Shown here: in pieces, positions 59,120-64,000 of the stretch | Layout: the number at the start of each line of letters is the position of its first letter | How positions within the stretch are numbered: position 1 is the first letter of the stretch | Assembly: GCF_041146345.1 (NCBI RefSeq) | Contig: NW_027191419.1 | Location: 62,001 to 126,000, forward strand | DNA: 64,000 bases | Direction: 5' to 3' | Source of the DNA: Neodothiora populina | Lineage: Eukaryota | The notes under the pieces: model-generated | Seen by the model: only the letters and a program-made list of their open reading frames with translations | Told to the model about the DNA's origin: nothing | Database searches by the model: none | Program-made: the position numbers and the translations under genes

Positions 59120-60769
59120 ATGAAGCTCGAACTGGACACTCCGCGAAGGCCTTTTCGCCCTGGCGACACCATCACCGGGCACATCTACCTGGCCGCCGAC
59201 GATGTTGATGTTTCCAAGACACATCTCATTCTCGAGAGTCGTGCCAAGACTAAAACCGTCGAGAAAAGCAGTGATACCAAAAACGTATACCGCGCGAGAG
59301 CACCGCTCTTGTACCAGTTGCACGAATTAGAGCTCAACGTTCATGCGGTCCCAGTCGGACAAAATTGCAGACTTGTACCCTTCGCGTTACCCATTCCCCT
59401 GGACGTGCAGAAAGTTACGAACATTCCCACCACAAAGGACGGCATCTTCAAGTCATATTGGACGTACGACTGGGGAAAGCAGAAAGACAATTTCCAGCAC
59501 GAGGCTGGACACCCTCTACCGCCAACCTTCAGAGCCGGTCCTCGTGGAGTCTTGACCAAATCCGAATGCTATGTGGAATACTGCATTACCGCCGTCGGAT
59601 CTCGAGATGTACCTTCGATCGACGACGGGGCGTCTGAGCAGCTGGAACCCTTTCGTTTCGATACCAGGCCTTTCTGGCTGCAGAGCGCCTGCTCCATGAC
59701 AGAGGAGGACTTTGAGCTATTGAAACGTACCAAACGCAAGATTGCGCAGCGCATGACTGTCCAGACTATGCGGCTGCTACCAGAGATCTCGGCGCGAGAA
59801 AAGGGCAAGCTTACTTTCAAGGAAAAATGGAAGAACGCCTTCAGCTCCTCGCGCCTACCAGAGGTCACATTCCATATGGCACTCAAGGTGCCTACTTACC
59901 TCCACGTTGGCGAAAAGATGCGCCTTGTGTTGATCATGGAGCGCGTTGATCCCACAACAGCCTCGAACGGTAAAGGGAAGAAGAGCCGACCTCGGGTGCA
60001 GTTTCCTGATATTCAGATCGACAAGGTTGAAATTAAGATGAAACACATAACCCAAGTACGCACTCGTGGCATGATGAAGATGCACACAGATCATTGGACC
60101 GAAGCTGCTTGGACGGATGTTCAAGCCCATGGTCTACTGCACATGACGTTGCCCATGTGGGAAGGCGAACAAGCATCGCCCGTGCATTCGCCGATTGCAT
60201 CCGACTTGAAGCATCTTACTACTGTCGTAGAAGCTTCTGCCAAGGAGCAAAGTCTAGTATCTGGACAATCTCTTGATGCAATGTCGCGGACATTTCACCT
60301 TCCGTCCAGCTCTACCGCTCCGTCTCGCCTGATTCCAACTTTTTCCACCTACAACATCTCTCGCTCTTATGAACTGCGTATAACCCTCGCATTCAGCTGT
60401 GCAGGCGAGAAGTTGTTCATGAATTACAACGCGCCCATCACGGTGTACTCTAAGCCCACCATATCGACCAAAACCGCACCATTGCCTGCTCGACGAGTCC
60501 AGTCTATGTTCTCGAGTGTGAGTGAGCCGGCTCCAATCGGTGCTTCTCTGATAGGTGATCCTCATGCTTTTGATCTTCGTGATGACATATCTGAGCCTGC
60601 CGTTCGGGTCGACTCTGGACTCCCGAGCATACGGACGTCATCTGAGGATTGGGGCGAGTACAAGCTTACTCCTGACGATAGGCTTGCCTCGAAAGAGATG
60701 GCTGGATTTGCTGTCGGCGCATTAGGAACTGCTGCTGAGATTGCAGATATTCTGTCCAACGCTTTATAG
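59120..60769 (+). CDS. Arrestin-like (arrestin N-domain) protein, 549 aa, single exon
   Basis: N-terminus ..FRPGDTITGHIYL..V......LESRAKTK, VPFALPIP, HPLPPTF...CYVEYCITA, LIPTFSTYNISRSYELRI are typical of fungal arrestin-like proteins. Confidence 0.75.
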   Translation: MKLELDTPRRPFRPGDTITGHIYLAADDVDVSKTHLILESRAKTKTVEKSSDTKNVYRARAPLLYQLHELELNVHAVPVGQNCRLVPFALPIPLDVQKVTNIPTTKDGIFKSYWTYDWGKQKDNFQHEAGHPLPPTFRAGPRGVLTKSECYVEYCITAVGSRDVPSIDDGASEQLEPFRFDTRPFWLQSACSMTEEDFELLKRTKRKIAQRMTVQTMRLLPEISAREKGKLTFKEKWKNAFSSSRLPEVTFHMALKVPTYLHVGEKMRLVLIMERVDPTTASNGKGKKSRPRVQFPDIQIDKVEIKMKHITQVRTRGMMKMHTDHWTEAAWTDVQAHGLLHMTLPMWEGEQASPVHSPIASDLKHLTTVVEASAKEQSLVSGQSLDAMSRTFHLPSSSTAPSRLIPTFSTYNISRSYELRITLAFSCAGEKLFMNYNAPITVYSKPTISTKTAPLPARRVQSMFSSVSEPAPIGASLIGDPHAFDLRDDISEPAVRVDSGLPSIRTSSEDWGEYKLTPDDRLASKEMAGFAVGALGTAAEIADILSNAL

Positions 60770-62189
60770 TCTGGCTACTATATGTGCAGTCGATAAGACA
60801 GTCAACAAACCCAAGCCACCCAGCACGACCACCATTTACGCGATTCACGACGAGACGAGATTCGATCTAATTCTTTCATTCAAACCTGTACAATTATCGT
60901 CCTTTGCAAACCTTTGCAAAAGGCTGTAAAATTAGCAAGACAACATCCGCCAGCATAGCCACGCTTCTTACGCATGCAGTTGGAGCTCAACAACCAATAG
61001 CTCACATGTACTACTTTACTCATAGCAAGACCTTTAGTGCCGACTAAATCCTCTTTTCCATTGCCTACCTTACTCTTCTGCTGTCCTATGAAAAGCCACA
61101 GACTTGTGGGTCCATTCTATTTGCGTTCCTGTATTAATCTCCTTTAGTGTCTACACAGCACGAAGGATTTTTCACGAGTCAGCAGTGAGAGAACGTTCGG
61201 GAGCTATGATGCTGTACAGGACCAGAAATTGGCTGCCTAATAGGGGGCACCGCTCACACCCTGTCAGCTACACGGACCGCGATATGTTAAAGTAGGTAGG
61301 TAGGTACGTTGTGGATCAGCGCACGGTTTCTCCCTGTTTAACGCTTTTTCAGGTTGACGGAATCATGCTGTAGGAGCTCTACGGTAGAATGTGTTATATC
61401 AATCTACAAAAAAAAAACCATGCTTCGTCATAACTTACGTATTCTTGCGCCAGGTCCAGTATATAGCATCAGGTAAGGTAGGTACTGTAGTCATCGATGA
61501 GTGCGACAGAACGGTGCGCGAGGCCGCCACTAAAGTCCGTGCGCCGAGAGCACAGGGTAAACAAGCACCAGCATCTATCCTTCTCGTACCTCGTATGGCG
61601 TCAAGATTAAGGTAGGTACAGTACTTTAGATAAAGATTCAGGTTCAAGCGAAGTGAGGGGCAATATCCACACAAACATGGTTCGACTCTATTCTAACCGC
61701 AGCGTGGCTTTCTGCAGTGGAGAAGTGTCACATTTCATCTATCGAGGCGTTGGCTGACATCAGTCGCAGTCTTCTCTCGATCCAGAAGCACTGCAGTCAT
61801 CTATTCGATCTGGCTGACAGGTAATGTATCTCGTTGACGATCATGCTTCAGAGTATAGATACACGAAACGAGTAATGGGAATAGAGCTACTGTAGCTGTG
61901 CGCCACACCCTCAGGATCCTGCTGTGAGTCAACACAACTAGGTAGGCAAAATTGTTTGCCTGTAGTCAAATCCTTCTGTGATTCATCCAATGAATGCAAT
62001 TACCATGTCGGGCCCGACTGACGAACCCATCTCCGTTAGTCAGTTCGTTGAGCTATCCTTACTGCTGTAAGGTACAGTACTGTATGTCTTGCTCGGCCGG
62101 TGACCATTATTGTACAGGCGGCCACCGGAGTTTCGGGTTTTAAGCATCAACGCTTGACAACGCTACTCCGTACTAAGTAAAAAGTCCGT

Positions 62190-62207
62190 CGGATACTCAA
62201 ACACCCG
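62190..62207. promoter_or_regulatory. Putative AtrR response element CGG-N12-CCG upstream of MDR1
   Basis: CGGATACTCAAACACCCG: inverted CGG triplets with an exact 12-nt spacer, 325 bp upstream of the ATG. Confidence 0.5.
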
Positions 62208-62531
62208 GATCTCAGGGTTACTGCAAGTGATAAAGTATAGCCGTCTCCCAGAGAATTAATATGTTCACACACATAGCAGTCGCATCAAGGGGTTTCCTTT
62301 GTTGAATTGTGTTGCCTTGACGCGGGTCATTTTTTATAGGCATCAAGATCTTTCTTTCCTTTCCTGAATATCCAGTTCAACTAAGCTAAGGTATCCTTCG
62401 CCACCCCCACAATACTGACTGAGGTTCATTCGATCTTCGCCCGCCACGGCGCACATACTGTACACGACCTGTGCGTGTCCTGGATCTCGAGCGCCCCGCA
62501 TTTCGCCCATCCCACTTTTGATTAATCAACA

Positions 62532-64000
62532 ATGGGCATCATGCCCGGTCATCGCACCCAGTCGTCTACTGGCTCTTCTAGCACAGAGGAACCAGAAGTA
62601 GCAAAACTGTCAGTGACTGACAATGAGAAAACACAACTCGGCCAGGCATCGTTGGTGCCTGGAATGGCACCAGCGCCAGTGGTACCACTAGTGAACGAGG
62701 GTATGAAGAAGAAAACCAAGAAGAGCAAGAAAGCAAAAAAGGGTGAGAAGCAAGATGACGAGGAGAAGAAAGAAGATCCCTACGCACACCTGCCCGAGCA
62801 TGAGAAGGCAGTCATCAAGAGACAACTAGACGTTCCGCCGGTATCAGTAAACTATCTCTCGTTATACCGCTATGCGACTCGAAATGATATGTACATCATG
62901 GCCGCTGCGTCCTTTGGCTCAGTCGTCGGTGGTGCTCTGCTGCCGCTGATGACTGTCGTTTTCGGCGGATTGACGACCACGTTTACGCAGTATTTCCAAG
63001 GAGGTGTCACGGAAGCTCACTTCAATCATGAATTGAGCCGATATGCTCTTTACTTCGTCTACCTCGCCATTGGAGAGTTCGTCTTCATTTACATGGCGAC
63101 AGCAGGCTTCCTATACACAGGAGAACACATCGCGGGCAAGATCCGTGAGGAGTTTCTTGCTGCCATCTTACGCCAGAACATTGCTTTCTTCGATCAGCTG
63201 GGCGCTGGCGAGATTACCACCAGAATCACCGCAGACACAAATCTTATTCAGGACGGTATTTCCGAGAAGGTCGGTCTGACAATGACCGCTCTTGCCACAT
63301 TCGTAACCGCCTTCATTATCAGTTTCATTAAGTACTGGAAGCTCACTTTGATCCTTACATCCACCATTTTTGCCATTGTCATCACTATGGGCTCGATGGG
63401 TGGATTCATCGTCAAATACAACAAGGCTTCACTCGCAGCATACGCTGAGGGTGGCACCGTTGCCGAAGAAGTCATCAGCTCCATCAGAAATGCGACCGCT
63501 TTTGGTACTCAGGAAAAACTCGCTCGTCAGTATGACTTGCATCTCGCAAAAGCTGAGAAATCTGGACGCATGATGAAAATCCTCGTTGGATCCATGATTG
63601 GCTTCCTGATGTGCTACGTTTTCTTGAACTACTCTCTCGCTTTCTGGATGGGTTCTCGATATCTCGTGGACGGAGTTGTCAACGTGGGCGATGTCATTAC
63701 TATCATGATGTCTATCATGATTGGTGCCTTCTCTCTTGGTAACGTTGCGCCCAACATACAAGCATTCACTACCGGTGTCGCCGCAGCCATCAAGATCTAT
63801 GCCACAATCGATCGTGTCTCCCCTCTCGATCCTAAATCCGAGGAGGGAGAGGTTCTGAAGGATGTTGACGGTACCGTGGAATTGCGCAACATTCGTCACA
63901 TCTACCCCTCTCGCCCTGAGGTCGTCGTCATGGAAGACGTCAGCCTTCTCATTCCCGCCGGAAAGACCACCGCCTTGGTTGGTGCTTCTGGTTCTGGTAA
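62532..64000 (+). CDS. MDR1: ABCB/MDR1 (P-glycoprotein, AtrD-like) multidrug transporter, 5' part only (runs off the window)
   Basis: Open frame from ATG 62532: DPYAHLPEHEKAVIKRQLD...LYRYATRND, GGALLPLMTVVFG, AILRQNIAFFDQLGAGEITTRI, GGTVAEEVISSIRNATAFGTQ, YPSRPEV, and Walker A GKTTALVGASGSG(K) at the window end. It is absent from the ORF track because it has no stop in the window. Confidence 0.96.
   Translation, partial: MGIMPGHRTQSSTGSSSTEEPEVAKLSVTDNEKTQLGQASLVPGMAPAPVVPLVNEGMKKKTKKSKKAKKGEKQDDEEKKEDPYAHLPEHEKAVIKRQLDVPPVSVNYLSLYRYATRNDMYIMAAASFGSVVGGALLPLMTVVFGGLTTTFTQYFQGGVTEAHFNHELSRYALYFVYLAIGEFVFIYMATAGFLYTGEHIAGKIREEFLAAILRQNIAFFDQLGAGEITTRITADTNLIQDGISEKVGLTMTALATFVTAFIISFIKYWKLTLILTSTIFAIVITMGSMGGFIVKYNKASLAAYAEGGTVAEEVISSIRNATAFGTQEKLARQYDLHLAKAEKSGRMMKILVGSMIGFLMCYVFLNYSLAFWMGSRYLVDGVVNVGDVITIMMSIMIGAFSLGNVAPNIQAFTTGVAAAIKIYATIDRVSPLDPKSEEGEVLKDVDGTVELRNIRHIYPSRPEVVVMEDVSLLIPAGKTTALVGASGSG

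Noticed and set aside
1..64000. Transposons, RIP-mutated repeats, CRISPR arrays, rRNA, secondary-metabolite cluster, mating-type locus
   Set aside because: No transposase/RT motifs, LTRs or TIRs, AT-rich relics, spacer arrays, rRNA motifs, PKS/NRPS or MAT/APN2/SLA2 genes were recognised.

Overview
Eukaryotic, intron-containing DNA from a filamentous ascomycete (Pezizomycotina; Eurotiomycete/black-yeast affinity is a guess). I built 17 protein-coding gene models by hand from GT-AG sites, branch points and frame continuity. In order: GAF-type hybrid histidine kinase, STE12/SteA, FAF1, HIS6, THO2, a promethin/LDAF1-like protein, RPA49, CBP80/STO1, GSK3, SLP1 (mid-SUN), SAT4/HAL4 kinase, a small membrane protein, YTP1-like, SWI5/SAE3, a peroxisomal acyl-CoA dehydrogenase (PTS1 SKL), an arrestin-like protein, and an MDR1/ABCB transporter truncated by the window end. 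I saw no tRNA, rRNA, CRISPR array or recognisable transposon, and no clearly novel multi-gene system: this is mostly a core housekeeping and signalling region. The most interesting unexplained signals are non-coding. They include a strongly over-represented intergenic palindrome TAC[A/T]GTA, a densely self-complementary ~1 kb locus at 41.1-42.2 kb, and a CGG-N12-CCG (AtrR-type) element upstream of MDR1. Others are a 184-codon in-frame 5' extension of CBP80, a 50-aa MGxxxS...CAAX micro-ORF, several stop-free 3n introns and AAG acceptors, and an intronless STE12 zinc-finger region. All coordinates and counts were read by eye and should be confirmed computationally.
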